In this document: positions 13,360 to 25,068 of the stretch, one piece after another
Layout: every line of letters starts with the position of its first letter
Position numbering within the stretch: the stretch's first letter is position 1
Assembly (NCBI GenBank): GCA_963664115.2
Contig: CAXWPJ010000010.1
Location: 192,001-256,000, forward strand
Length of the DNA stretch: 64,000 nucleotides
Source: Terriglobia bacterium
GTDB lineage: Bacteria > Acidobacteriota > Terriglobia > 20CM-2-55-15
Reading direction: 5' to 3'
Notes under the pieces: generated by a model
Told to the model about the DNA's origin: nothing
What the model saw: the letters and a program-made list of their open reading frames with translations, nothing else
The model's database searches: none
Made by a program: the position numbers and the translations under genes

Positions 13360-14488
13360 CTATAGGTCCTGTTTTGTGGCCTTGCCGACATTTTCTCTCA
13401 GTTTGGCAAAGCGTTCCAAATGTTCACCTATGGAGAAGAAGGCGAGAGAAAGTCCAATAAGTTGCAGGACTTCTTCTTGGTCAGGGGCAATCCTTGGACC
13501 GAAAATGTAGAGACCAATGCCGATAATACCTGCCGCAATAACGCCCCCTACTCTGCGCCAATTATGCCTTACCGAGACAGGCACGCGGGCCGTAAATATG
13601 GTTGGCCAAGATTTGAGTTGGGTTTCCACTGTTGCCGATGGATCCTGAGTCGTTTCCTTCTTAGTTTTCTTGTCATCCACACCTGTCTCAAGATCGGTTT
13701 GAATAGCCAATTCACTGTATCCTGGATGAAGACCGAGAAACGTGAACTCTAGGACGTCATACCGACCAAGAACCAGATTTGAAGACCCTTCGAGACGTAC
13801 GATATTCTTGTCGAACTCTGTAACGACTCGAGCCGCGACTAACTTAGAGCGTGGAGGCGGCTCTCGCCACTGCAGGACTCTCAGTCGGTAACGGTCGCCT
13901 TCAACCAAACTGAATCCGTTCGTCTTCGCCGATGATGAACTAAACGTAGAAAACTTTCCCGCCTGGACGTATTTGCCGCTTTCCTTTTGAAAGCCCATGA
14001 TATGGAACATTGGAACGCCCGAAAGATTCGGCTCATCCAACAAAAGCGCGGCCAGGCTAGCCCATGAGGAGGCGAATCCAGATTCGTCCGATCGACCATC
14101 CCAGTTGAGTTCCGGTCATCCGATCGACCATCCCAGTTGAGTTCCGGGTCATAAGTAGTGCGCCGAAAGTACCATGATTCCGGTAGTTGATTGGCCAGGT
14201 CGAATTCTCGAGAAAGACCTAGTAATTTCTTTCCTGCAGCGGTCAATGATTGGCTTGGGCTTGTTCGGGTCGCTCGATCGTAGTCCATAAGAACGGAAGA
14301 ATCTACTGACGCGAACGGACCGAGTCGAAAACGAACGAATATCATGGGTCCAAGGTCTTCGACGCTGACGATGTGGCATAGACGCAAAGGGATGAGTCGC
14401 TTCGTTTCCTGAGAATGAAACAATAGAATTAAAGGTTTCCCTGTTAGACACTTAAGATCTGGAGTTTGCCTTACTCCAGGTTCGACCC
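13360..14488 (-). pseudogene. Hypothetical membrane protein, frameshifted and truncated by IS256
   Basis: Two overlapping ORFs (13881-14501 and 13360-14043) are joined at a 32-bp tandem duplication. Two C-terminal TM segments. Confidence 0.55.
14087..14151. repeat. 32-bp tandem duplication
   Basis: tccgatcgaccatcccagttgagttccgg(g)tca occurs twice in tandem. Confidence 0.85.
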
Positions 14489-15873
14489 GAGTTATTGTCA
14501 AAAGTGGTGTTTAGGAGATTGATTCAAGCGGCGGCCTGATCGACTTGTGTCGCTTCGACACCATCGTTGAATTTCACTCCGATGATTACCTTGCTCAGAT
14601 CATCGAATCCTCGTAATCGTCGCCAATTGTTCTCAGCGCACTGGCCCAGTTTGAACATCATGTGCAGCATGCCATCCCGTGTCAGGCAACCTCTGGATCG
14701 CTTCGTTCGGTGTCGAATGGTGGCAAAGGTCGACTCAATGGGATTCGTCGTTCTGATGCTCTGCCAGTGCTTGGCCGGAAAGTCGTAAAAGGCCAGCAGT
14801 TCCTCTCTGTCTTTCTGCAGGCAGAGTGTGGCTTTCGGATACTTCGGTTCATAGGTTTCAATGAACAAGTCGAATGCCTTCTCGGCGTCTGCCTTCGTCT
14901 CGGCCTGCCAGATCGAGTGCAGGGCCTGTTTCGCCTTCGCCTGGACCGACTTGGGCAGGCAGTTGAGGACGTTCATGACTTTGTGCATCCAGCAACGTTG
15001 TTGACGTGTCTCGGGATAGATTTCCTCCAGTGCGGCCCAGAACCCCATCGCACCGTCACCGATGGCCAACTTCGGAACATTCATCCCACGGGACTTCAGC
15101 TTCAACAAGACCTCGCGCCAACTCTGTGTCGATTCCCGTACACCGTCTTCGATCGCCAGGAAACGCTTCTCTCCGCGTTCATTCACGCCGATCACGACCA
15201 ATGCACACAACTTGGTTTGTTCCGCCCGAAGTCCGCTGTAGATGCCGTCGGCCCAGACATAGACCCAGCGATCTGCATCCAAACGCTCCTCGCATCCGAG
15301 GCGGTACTGTTCGCCCCAAACCTGTTTCAACCGCGATACCGTGCTCGCCGACAGACCCTGCGCCTGGGGACCGACAAGAACTTTTAGGGCCTCACCCATC
15401 TCGCCGCTGGAAACGCCTTTCAAATACAACCACGGCACCGCTGCTTCCAGCGACTTCGTCTTCCGAATGTACGGTGGTACCAGGGCCGATCGGAACGTCA
15501 CAGCTTCGCCCGTCTTGGCACGGACCTTCGGGATTTGGACTGTTACCGGACCCAATCCCGTCTGCAGTTCGCGTTCCGGCAGATAACCGTTGCGTACCAC
15601 CCCGGCGTTTCCTGTCTCAGTTCGCCGGCCACCGTGCTGGGATAGCAGCTCTGCCAATTCGGCTTCCACTGCGCGTTGGATCAGTTGCTGTGCCCCAACT
15701 CGTAGTAGTTCTGTTACTGGATCCTCAATCGTTTCTCGACCTTCCGGTCCATTCACGTTACTCTTGCTCACAGTGGCGTATCTCCTATGGTTGCTTTGAA
15801 GTTTTGTCACAACAAATCAACCAGATACGCCGCTCTTATTCAATCCCTCAAACACCAGATTCGGTTATAACTC
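14489..15873 (-). mobile_element. IS256-family element, copy 1
   Basis: 428-aa Mutator-type transposase. Inverted repeats gagttataaccgaatctggtgttt / aaacaccacttttgacaataactc. Confidence 0.95.
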
Positions 15874-15900
15874 GTTCGCCTCTCCATGAAGACAAGACGG

Positions 15901-17390
15901 TGTAGCCCGTCAGAGCATTTCGTACGAAATACCCTAAAAAACTAAGAGACACTTTTCTAATCAGAACGATCTGAAGGAGGATCGAATGAGTGAGAAAGTG
16001 TCGGCAGAGAATCGGGTACGAGAGATTCGTCGAAAGACGCGCAAGAAGTACTCGTCTGAGGAGAAAGTGCGGATCGTGTTGGAAGGGTTGCGAGGCGAAG
16101 AGAGCATCGCAGAACTGTGCCGACGCGAAGGGATTCCGTCAAATCTGTATTACCGGTGGAGCAAGGACTTCCTGGAGGCGGGGAAGAAACGGCTGGCTGG
16201 GGACACGAAGCGGGAAGCGACATCGAGCGAAGTCACCGAGTTGCGGCAGGAAAACGATCAGTTGAAGCAGGTCGTGGCCGAAATACTGCTAAAGAATCGT
16301 TTTCTGAAAAAAACGTTGAACGTAACGGACTCCGAGAGCATCGATATATGAGGCAATCGGGATCTGAGAAGCTGGAGACGATCCGAGTGGTGGAAGACTC
16401 GGAGTTGTCGGTGACAGCGACCCTCCGGGAGCTGGGCGTCCCCCGCAGCACGTTCTACGGTTGGTATCGACGATACAAAGAGCGTGGCGCAGCCGGCTTG
16501 TTAGATCGGCATTCCGGCCCCGGCTTCTGCTGGAACCGGATTCCGGGACCGGTGCGGGAACAGGTGGTCGAAACCGCGTTGAACCACCCGGAAGCCTCAC
16601 CGCGGGAACTGGCCTGGCAGATCACCGACACCCAGGACTACTTCATCTCCGAATCCAGCGTGTATCGGATTCTGAAGAGATGCGACCTGATCACCAGTCC
16701 CGCATACATCGTGATGACGGCCAGCGATCACTTCCAGCAGCCAACCCGGCGTGTGAACGAACTCTGGCAAACTGATTTCACTTACTTCAGGGTCGTCGGT
16801 TGGGGTTGGTACTACCTGTCGACCGTGCTGGACGATTACTCTCGCTACATCATCGCCTGGAAGCTCTTTCAAACCATGGCCGCATCTGACGTTCAGGACA
16901 CGCTGGACGTTGCACTACAGGCGACAGATGTCGGACAAGTACAAGTCCGGCACCGACCGCGATTGTTGAGCGACAACGGCCCCTGCTACGTATCGCACGA
17001 ACTCAAAGACTATTTACAACGTCGTGGTATGGAACACACCCGGGGTGCGCCCTATCACCCGATGACACAGGGCAAGATCGAACGCTATCACCGTTCGATG
17101 AAGAACGTGGTCAAGTTGGAACACTACTATTATCCGTGGGAACTTGAGCAGGCGATCGCGCAATGGGTCGAACACTACAACCACCATCGGTATCACGAAT
17201 CTCTGAACAACGTGACACCGGCTGACGTGTTCTTCGGGAGGGATCAGCAGATCCTTGCACGTCGTGACCAGATCAAAAGAAAAACGCTGGCTCGACGCAA
17301 AATCGAGAACCTTAGGATTGGAGTGGTATAACTTCAAAACCGTCTCTTAGCTAAATGGTCTTTTTGTCCGAATTATTCTGACGACGTACA
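15901..17390 (+). mobile_element. IS3/IS481-like element with two ORFs (15986-16351 and about 16348-17331)
   Basis: TGTA...TACA ends with imperfect inverted repeats. HTH ORF plus an rve ORF (WQTDFTYF, SDNGPCY, QGKIERYH). Confidence 0.9.
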
Positions 17391-17925
17391 CGTGGGTAAC
17401 CGGACAGACCTTTGCTGCGGTCCCATCGTACTGACTTGGAAAACTATCATGGAACAGCCGCGCAAGACGATCCTCGATGAACGTATCGAAGTTGAAAGTG
17501 ATGAACCTTACTTGGGCATTATTTTCGACGAAACTTTCCCACGTAGAAGCATTATCCAGCATTCTTTGAACGATATGCAGAAGCCAATCCTTATCGACTA
17601 GCGGGTCTTCTGCCCCCGCGATCGCCTCTGCCATGAGCGCAGCGGTAACCGCTTTGCCGATAAGCATCGTCGTTTTTTCCTTTTGGTGTTTCTCCAAGAA
17701 AGCGTCAATCGATTTTTCAGGATGTCGTGTGAGATCGTCGACGAATCTTTTCAGCTGCCCGGCTTCGACGCCGAACCTGCTGAGAGACGCGAGTGCGAAC
17801 TGATAAGCTTCATCGTCTGGAATAAGTTGAGTGGCCTTCGTCCTCAGTTCTACACCACTCGGCATTCCGTAGTCCCGACTTCCTCCAGCACCGACCACAA
17901 AAGTTATGGGTGTTCGTATCGTCAC
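17391..17925 (-). pseudogene. SIR2-like domain protein, 3'-truncated by an IS
   Basis: FVVGAGGSRDYGMPSG and ITFNFD motifs. The ORF runs into the IS end at THV. Confidence 0.65.
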
Positions 17926-18028
17926 TTTTACGAATTGTATCCTGATCGTCTCACGCCCTGAAATTGTCCGGCTGAATAGGCGAAGGAAACGTAGGATGGC
18001 AAAACGACAGGAAAGATCCCTATCAACG

Positions 18029-18241
18029 CTAAGGCGACAGCAACTCCGACGGATGCACGCCGAGGGCCTTGGCGAGTTTGTTGAGGGTCTTCAGGGTGAG
18101 GTTGCGCTCCCCGTATTCGATGTGTTGGTAGTAGCGGTATTCGAATCCGTAGCGGCTCATGTCTTCCTGAGTCAGCCCCTTGGCTTTCCGTAGCTGCCGG
18201 ACGTTCCTGCCCACCAGCTTCATCAGCCGCTCGTCCTTCAT
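18029..18241 (-). CDS. XRE-family HTH regulator
   Basis: VRQLRKAKGLTQEDM...YYQHIEYGERNLTLKTLNKLAKALGV. Confidence 0.85.
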   Translation of the reverse strand: MKDERLMKLVGRNVRQLRKAKGLTQEDMSRYGFEYRYYQHIEYGERNLTLKTLNKLAKALGVHPSELLSP

Positions 18242-18334
18242 GACTGAGCAGCCTAGAACCAACGGTCCCAGAGGACCACGGTCTCACATGACCGTATTTT
18301 GCTTGATCTGCTAGTAAGCCTGCGCGACGAGTAC

Positions 18335-19719
18335 GAGTTATAACCGAATCTGGTGTTTGAGGGATTGAATAAGAGCGGCGTATCTGGTTGATTTGTTGTG
18401 ACAAAACTTCAAAGCAACCATAGGAGATACGCCACTGTGAGCAAGAGTAACGTGAATGGACCGGAAGGTCGAGAAACGATTGAGGATCCAGTAACAGAAC
18501 TACTACGAGTTGGGGCACAGCAACTGATCCAACGCGCAGTGGAAGCCGAATTGGCAGAGCTGCTATCCCAGCACGGTGGCCGGCGAACTGAGACAGGAAA
18601 CGCCGGGGTGGTACGCAACGGTTATCTGCCGGAACGCGAACTGCAGACGGGATTGGGTCCGGTAACAGTCCAAATCCCGAAGGTCCGTGCCAAGACGGGC
18701 GAAGCTGTGACGTTCCGATCGGCCCTGGTACCACCGTACATTCGGAAGACGAAGTCGCTGGAAGCAGCGGTGCCGTGGTTGTATTTGAAAGGCGTTTCCA
18801 GCGGCGAGATGGGTGAGGCCCTAAAAGTTCTTGTCGGTCCCCAGGCGCAGGGTCTGTCGGCGAGCACGGTATCGCGGTTGAAACAGGTTTGGGGCGAACA
18901 GTACCGCCTCGGATGCGAGGAGCGTTTGGATGCAGATCGCTGGGTCTATGTCTGGGCCGACGGCATCTACAGCGGACTTCGGGCGGAACAAACCAAGTTG
19001 TGTGCATTGGTCGTGATCGGCGTGAATGAACGCGGAGAGAAGCGTTTCCTGGCGATCGAAGACGGTGTACGGGAATCGACACAGAGTTGGCGCGAGGTCT
19101 TGTTGAAGCTGAAGTCCCGTGGGATGAATGTTCCGAAGTTGGCCATCGGTGACGGTGCGATGGGGTTCTGGGCCGCACTGGAGGAAATCTATCCCGAGAC
19201 ACGTCAACAACGTTGCTGGATGCACAAAGTCATGAACGTCCTCAACTGCCTGCCCAAGTCGGTCCAGGCGAAGGCGAAACAGGCCCTGCACTCGATCTGG
19301 CAGGCCGAGACGAAGGCAGACGCCGAGAAGGCATTCGACTTGTTCATTGAAACCTATGAACCGAAGTATCCGAAAGCCACACTCTGCCTGCAGAAAGACA
19401 GAGAGGAACTGCTGGCCTTTTACGACTTTCCGGCCAAGCACTGGCAGAGCATCAGAACGACGAATCCCATTGAGTCGACCTTTGCCACCATTCGACACCG
19501 AACGAAGCGATCCAGAGGTTGCCTGACACGGGATGGCATGCTGCACATGATGTTCAAACTGGGCCAGTGCGCTGAGAACAATTGGCGACGATTACGAGGA
19601 TTCGATGATCTGAGCAAGGTAATCATCGGAGTGAAATTCAACGATGGTGTCGAAGCGACACAAGTCGATCAGGCCGCCGCTTGAATCAATCTCCTAAACA
19701 CCACTTTTGACAATAACTC
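18335..19719 (+). mobile_element. IS256-family element, copy 2
   Basis: Same transposase and inverted repeats as copy 1, in the opposite orientation. Confidence 0.95.
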
Positions 19720-19806
19720 CCGAACCACCCCACCGAGCCAATCCCGAGGCAGGTCAGCGCAACCCCCTGAATGATGAGTTGCGGGACTGGACGGATGCAC
19801 CGGCTC

Positions 19807-20250
19807 TCAGAAGAGATCGACTATAAGGTCGACGATCTGTTGCGTCTGCTCATCGAGGACAATCACGTTGCCCCCCAGAACGACCCGCCTCCTCCCTTCA
19901 GGAACTGGTGGCAGCGTTTCTTCTAAATCGGCTGGTAATGGCTGAAGACGTTCCAGCAATCCGGGCGGTAGCGTCCCGTTGCGTTGGAGCTGCCGTTGTA
20001 GCCCCGGAGGTAGCGTTTCACGTCTTGCCAAACCCGGAGGTAGATTTGCGAGGTTTGCTTCATTGGAGAACCACTCACGAATGGAGTTTCGTTCTTCGTC
20101 GGTGAGAGTTCCACGCGGCCCTGAATCCGGCTGCGTGACAGCCCCGCCTCTGCCACCGCGCCCACGTCCTTGTCCCCTGCCTTGTGCAGCAGTCTCGGGG
20201 AGGATGCTTAGAATCAGCGCCACCGCAAGAATCGAACACACCTTTCTCAT
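19807..20250 (-). CDS. Exported protein with LPPGL repeats (RcnB-like)
   Basis: Signal peptide and three LPPGL motifs. Confidence 0.65.
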   Translation of the reverse strand: MRKVCSILAVALILSILPETAAQGRGQGRGRGGRGGAVTQPDSGPRGTLTDEERNSIREWFSNEANLANLPPGLARRETLPPGLQRQLQRNGTLPPGLLERLQPLPADLEETLPPVPEGRRRVVLGGNVIVLDEQTQQIVDLIVDLF

Positions 20251-20443
20251 CGGTCACACCTCACTTGGGTCCTTTGTCAGCACAATCTTCTACTAGGGCC
20301 CGATACGAGTCAACCGATCTGACCGAGCCACTCGCCTCGCGCCACTCGATAGCGACTCGCCCTACCGCCTCGGCTCTAAGTTGTTGGTTTTAGGGAATGA
20401 CTCGACGGACTCGGTTGATTCTGGGCTGGGGTGGCAATTCTCA

Positions 20444-20471
20444 AGGTCCGAGAAGATGATTTCTCAGGACT
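20444..20471 (+). repeat. dif-like site A2
   Basis: aggtccgagaa-gatgat-ttctcaggact inside the extended palindrome attctca...tgagaat. Confidence 0.85.
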
Positions 20472-20541
20472 TGAGAATCATTTTCACGGTTGAAGGCTCA
20501 GAGCCCTTTTGTCATTCGATAGCTTCATTCTCTCCCACTCT

Positions 20542-20593
20542 GAAATCTCTTCCCTCCCCGCACGGTCCGTTGCAATAATTACGTCCTGTTGAA
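20542..20593 (+). repeat. 52-bp direct repeat, copy 1
   Basis: gaaatctcttccctccccgcacggtccgttgcaataattacgtcctgttgaa. Confidence 0.8.
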
Positions 20594-20694
20594 CTGAAAG
20601 GTTGAATGGACTGAAGCGAGGAAGCATCTCAAGATCCTGAAGGATGATGTTGGGCTGACAATAACCATAGTAAGCTCAACGATGAGAGGAGGAC

Positions 20695-21834
20695 ATGGTG
20701 GCCGCGTTCTGGAAATGGTTCCAATTGTTCTGGTGTTCCTTGATCAACACCCTCCGACTCTTTCTCGGTAGGCCCCCCTCGATGTCGTGTTGGTTGAAAA
20801 GCCATCCGAAGGTCGCAAACAGCATCAAATGGCAGTTCATGTTTCAAGGCTCGGCCTATGACATTCCTGAAACAGCCAAGCGGGCATGGCCGAACTGGTC
20901 TTCTCAAGAAAAGTCTCGGCTGATTACTGCCTTCAATGAGATGTGGCAGTGGATGAAGGCTCAGTCCGGAACTTTCTCGGCCGGCGGAGAAGGCATGGTT
21001 TACCCGCCTATCAACGTCAGGGATACTACGAACGATAACGGTTCTCCGTGGACCGGAGTCAGCCAGGATTACGCCTGGGACCTGTTTGTTCGATGGATTG
21101 CACTTGAACTTGTCGTAGAAATCAGCAGCTACGTTTCCTGGTCGGTTACGGCCTATGACGAGGAGCAACTTCAAGTGCTGTTCGACAGCGTTGCGATCAT
21201 GTCGCGGTTGTCAGATAACAGCTTCACGCTTGCTACCGGGAGTCCAGGGCACTCTAACTATGTCAAGCGCAAGGACAATCTCGGCACATCCCTAATCGCG
21301 CCGCCGCAGTATACTTACGCTTTTCTCGTCAATAGAAATATCGTCGGTGTTTCCCGGATAGAAACTATCGGGAATCTTCTGCAATGGGTCTCCGACAGTC
21401 TGGCCCACTATTACGGGGCCTTCGTGTACCAGGAGACCGAAAACCACTGGCAGTATCGGGGCATCCCTCCGATTACCCGTATCATAGAGGGAACAACTAA
21501 TCCTACTGTCGGTTCGGGCGGACAATTCGATCATTGGACCGCGGGTTGCCACGGCACGACCGGACTCATCCGCAACGTATTGAGAGCGCTAAATATTCCG
21601 GTACACATCTCGACTGTGTGCGGTCACTCGCAGGCGTTCTTCATCACCGAAGGCCTTTACCTCGACCATGGTGATAACCCCTACAACATCACCTTCAAGA
21701 ACACCGGCCAGCCGGCATCCGCTCTACTAATCGATCGCGGCACCTATGTCTCATGGTTTGGAACAAGCACCGACAATCGTAGCAATGGATGCGACAAGAT
21801 CGGACATCAAGTAGACGTGCTGGCTGGAAATTGA
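20695..21834 (+). CDS. Hypothetical protein, possibly transglutaminase-like
   Basis: 379-aa ORF with RBS gaggagg. GCHGTT...LRALNIP...GHS...LDH gives a Cys-His-Asp pattern. Confidence 0.6.
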   Translation: MVAAFWKWFQLFWCSLINTLRLFLGRPPSMSCWLKSHPKVANSIKWQFMFQGSAYDIPETAKRAWPNWSSQEKSRLITAFNEMWQWMKAQSGTFSAGGEGMVYPPINVRDTTNDNGSPWTGVSQDYAWDLFVRWIALELVVEISSYVSWSVTAYDEEQLQVLFDSVAIMSRLSDNSFTLATGSPGHSNYVKRKDNLGTSLIAPPQYTYAFLVNRNIVGVSRIETIGNLLQWVSDSLAHYYGAFVYQETENHWQYRGIPPITRIIEGTTNPTVGSGGQFDHWTAGCHGTTGLIRNVLRALNIPVHISTVCGHSQAFFITEGLYLDHGDNPYNITFKNTGQPASALLIDRGTYVSWFGTSTDNRSNGCDKIGHQVDVLAGN

Positions 21835-21933
21835 GGTCCTCAGACTCGTGGTCCGATTGTCGTTAAATCAAGTTTCTTCGCGCAAAGTGTCTGAGTCATC
21901 CGGAGTCTCTATTCCGTTGAACAACTAACCCGC

Positions 21934-21985
21934 GAAATCTCTTCCCTCGCCGCACGGTCCGTTGCAATAATTACGTCTTGTTGAA
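21934..21985 (+). repeat. 52-bp direct repeat, copy 2
   Basis: gaaatctcttccctcgccgcacggtccgttgcaataattacgtcttgttgaa, with 2 mismatches to copy 1. Confidence 0.8.
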
Positions 21986-22066
21986 GGGAGGGAGAATATG
22001 GTCGAGGAAGAGTCTTCGGTCCCACAAGGTGGTGGGAGCATCAGGTGGACATAAAGAGAGCAGAGC

Positions 22067-22480
22067 GTGAATCTATTTCTAGCTTCTCCAAGTGCGATAG
22101 TAAGTCAGAGGTACGATCGTCTCACCATCGTCTGCTTTGGGATTGTTTGGGCAGTCTACGCTTACCTGCCGCACGTTGCGACGCGCTTCCTACGTCCCGA
22201 GGAACAACCACCGCCCGGCGATATTAGGTGGTTATGGGCTCCCGCCTGTGCCGTTACTCTTATCTATATCTGTTTCCCTATCATTCTCCGACTAGACAAA
22301 CTTTGGAAGATATTCACTTTCATTTCAGTGGGCTTGGCAATGTATCTGGCCCACGTCGGCGTTGCAGGTTTCGGCATAATCGATTTGTCATGGTTCGGGT
22401 TCTATTACGGCAGTCTCGGCATGATTCTGCTTCTTTGGAATTCCCCCGATAAACCAGACGATTCAGTTAGATTTGTTTAG
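22067..22480 (+). CDS. Hypothetical membrane protein (start uncertain)
   Basis: Four hydrophobic segments. Confidence 0.45.
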   Translation: MNLFLASPSAIVSQRYDRLTIVCFGIVWAVYAYLPHVATRFLRPEEQPPPGDIRWLWAPACAVTLIYICFPIILRLDKLWKIFTFISVGLAMYLAHVGVAGFGIIDLSWFGFYYGSLGMILLLWNSPDKPDDSVRFV

Positions 22481-22827
22481 TTTGCAGGGCTGACAGCAAC
22501 CAGCCGCAAATTCCGTCGCCCCCCTCAATTTTTGAGTCAGAAATTTTTTGAGTCCCGTACTTCGATAACTACTTTATGGAGGCTCAATCGTTTGGTTCCA
22601 TCCGACACCCTTGTCGATTTTCCCGTCAGGTTTTTTTCCTACGGTTTTTTGCTTGGTTTTTTTTGATTGAAACTACATACACGTCGACGCTATCGAGGTG
22701 CTGTCATCAAGGGTTGATTCTCGCTTTTTGGTCGTCCCGACGGCTGAGTCTTGTGGTTGGATTCTGTCGTTGATCGAGAGAACGGAAATGTTTTGCATGA
22801 AAACGCATAGCATAAGCGTATGTAGAT

Positions 22828-24750
22828 ATGAAGTCGATGACGCGAACCGAATTTGAATCGATTGTGAGTGAACACCAGGCCATGGTCTACAGCATCGCTT
22901 ACAATTTTTCCGGTGATGCCTCTGCGGCCGAGGAAATTGCACAAGAGGTGTTTCTACAATTGTTCAAAGTCAGCGACCAACTCGGGACACTGGCACACGT
23001 GAAACACTGGCTTCGCCGTACTACGACCCACCGGTCGATTGACCAACTTCGGCGGAAGGGCCGTCGTGGCGAGGTGCCGATGGACGCCCTTCCCGAAATA
23101 TCGGCGCCCAACCGTGAACGCGACCCCCTGATCACCCAAAGGCTCCAGCGATTGGTTCGTGCGTTGCCCGAGAAGCCGAGGGCCGTCGTTCTTCTTCGTT
23201 ACGGTGAAGATATGGATGTGGGAGAGATCGGAGAGATTCTGGAGATGCCTGTAGCGACAGTAGAGTTATAACCGAATCTGGTGTTTGAGGGATTGAATAA
23301 GAGCGGCGTATCTGGTTGATTTGTTGTGACAAAACTTCAAAGCAACCATAGGAGATACGCCACTGTGAGCAAGAGTAACGTGAATGGACCGGAAGGTCGA
23401 GAAACGATTGAGGATCCAGTAACAGAACTACTACGAGTTGGGGCACAGCAACTGATCCAACGCGCAGTGGAAGCCGAATTGGCAGAGCTGCTATCCCAGC
23501 ACGGTGGCCGGCGAACTGAGACAGGAAACGCCGGGGTGGTACGCAACGGTTATCTGCCGGAACGCGAACTGCAGACGGGATTGGGTCCGGTAACAGTCCA
23601 AATCCCGAAGGTCCGTGCCAAGACGGGCGAAGCTGTGACGTTCCGATCGGCCCTGGTACCACCGTACATTCGGAAGACGAAGTCGCTGGAAGCAGCGGTG
23701 CCGTGGTTGTATTTGAAAGGCGTTTCCAGCGGCGAGATGGGTGAGGCCCTAAAAGTTCTTGTCGGTCCCCAGGCGCAGGGTCTGTCGGCGAGCACGGTAT
23801 CGCGGTTGAAACAGGTTTGGGGCGAACAGTACCGCCTCGGATGCGAGGAGCGTTTGGATGCAGATCGCTGGGTCTATGTCTGGGCCGACGGCATCTACAG
23901 CGGACTTCGGGCGGAACAAACCAAGTTGTGTGCATTGGTCGTGATCGGCGTGAATGAACGCGGAGAGAAGCGTTTCCTGGCGATCGAAGACGGTGTACGG
24001 GAATCGACACAGAGTTGGCGCGAGGTCTTGTTGAAGCTGAAGTCCCGTGGGATGAATGTTCCGAAGTTGGCCATCGGTGACGGTGCGATGGGGTTCTGGG
24101 CCGCACTGGAGGAAATCTATCCCGAGACACGTCAACAACGTTGCTGGATGCACAAAGTCATGAACGTCCTCAACTGCCTGCCCAAGTCGGTCCAGGCGAA
24201 GGCGAAACAGGCCCTGCACTCGATCTGGCAGGCCGAGACGAAGGCAGACGCCGAGAAGGCATTCGACTTGTTCATTGAAACCTATGAACCGAAGTATCCG
24301 AAAGCCACACTCTGCCTGCAGAAAGACAGAGAGGAACTGCTGGCCTTTTACGACTTTCCGGCCAAGCACTGGCAGAGCATCAGAACGACGAATCCCATTG
24401 AGTCGACCTTTGCCACCATTCGACACCGAACGAAGCGATCCAGAGGTTGCCTGACACGGGATGGCATGCTGCACATGATGTTCAAACTGGGCCAGTGCGC
24501 TGAGAACAATTGGCGACGATTACGAGGATTCGATGATCTGAGCAAGGTAATCATCGGAGTGAAATTCAACGATGGTGTCGAAGCGACACAAGTCGATCAG
24601 GCCGCCGCTTGAATCAATCTCCTAAACACCACTTTTGACAATAACTCGCGACAGTATGGAGCCATCTCAAGCGCAGCATTGCGATGCTGCGAGACAAATT
24701 CAGCCTCGACACGGAGGAGAAACATGAACGAGTTCGAACGGAATCTTCGT
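22828..24750 (+). pseudogene. ECF sigma factor interrupted by IS256
   Basis: AEEIAQEVFLQ...EMPVATV continues in frame as WSHLKRSIAMLR after the IS. Confidence 0.85.
23263..24647 (+). mobile_element. IS256-family element, copy 3, with a 9-bp target duplication
   Basis: gcgacagta flanks both ends (23254-23262 and 24648-24656). Confidence 0.95.
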
Positions 24751-25053
24751 GACGCACTGGCGCGACGTTCCCCGAGGGAAGGTTTCACCGACAGGGTTCT
24801 GGACCAGGCCAAGCATTCCCGTTTGCAGCACAGTTCCCGTCGATGGGTCCGTTGGGCGGTCGCCGCTGCGTCGATTCTGGTTCTGACCACGGCTCTGTTG
24901 ATCCGTTCTGATCGAATTGAACGTGTCCGAGGCGAGCAGGCTAAGGAAGAGGTGCTGCTGGCGCTGAGAGTGGTAGGTCGAACGCTGAACCAGGTAGAGG
25001 AACGCGTCCGGCAGGCCCAGCCCTTACGCGTCGGGCAACCGGATAACAACTAA
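24724..25053 (+). CDS. Putative anti-sigma membrane protein
   Basis: Single TM (WAVAAASILVLTTALL) downstream of the ECF sigma. RBS ggaga. Confidence 0.6.
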   Translation: MNEFERNLRDALARRSPREGFTDRVLDQAKHSRLQHSSRRWVRWAVAAASILVLTTALLIRSDRIERVRGEQAKEEVLLALRVVGRTLNQVEERVRQAQPLRVGQPDNN

Positions 25054-25068
25054 AGTTGAGGAGGTTTC

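Noticed and set aside
14489-19719. Composite transposon formed by IS256 copies 1 and 2
   Set aside because: The outer flanks share no target duplication.
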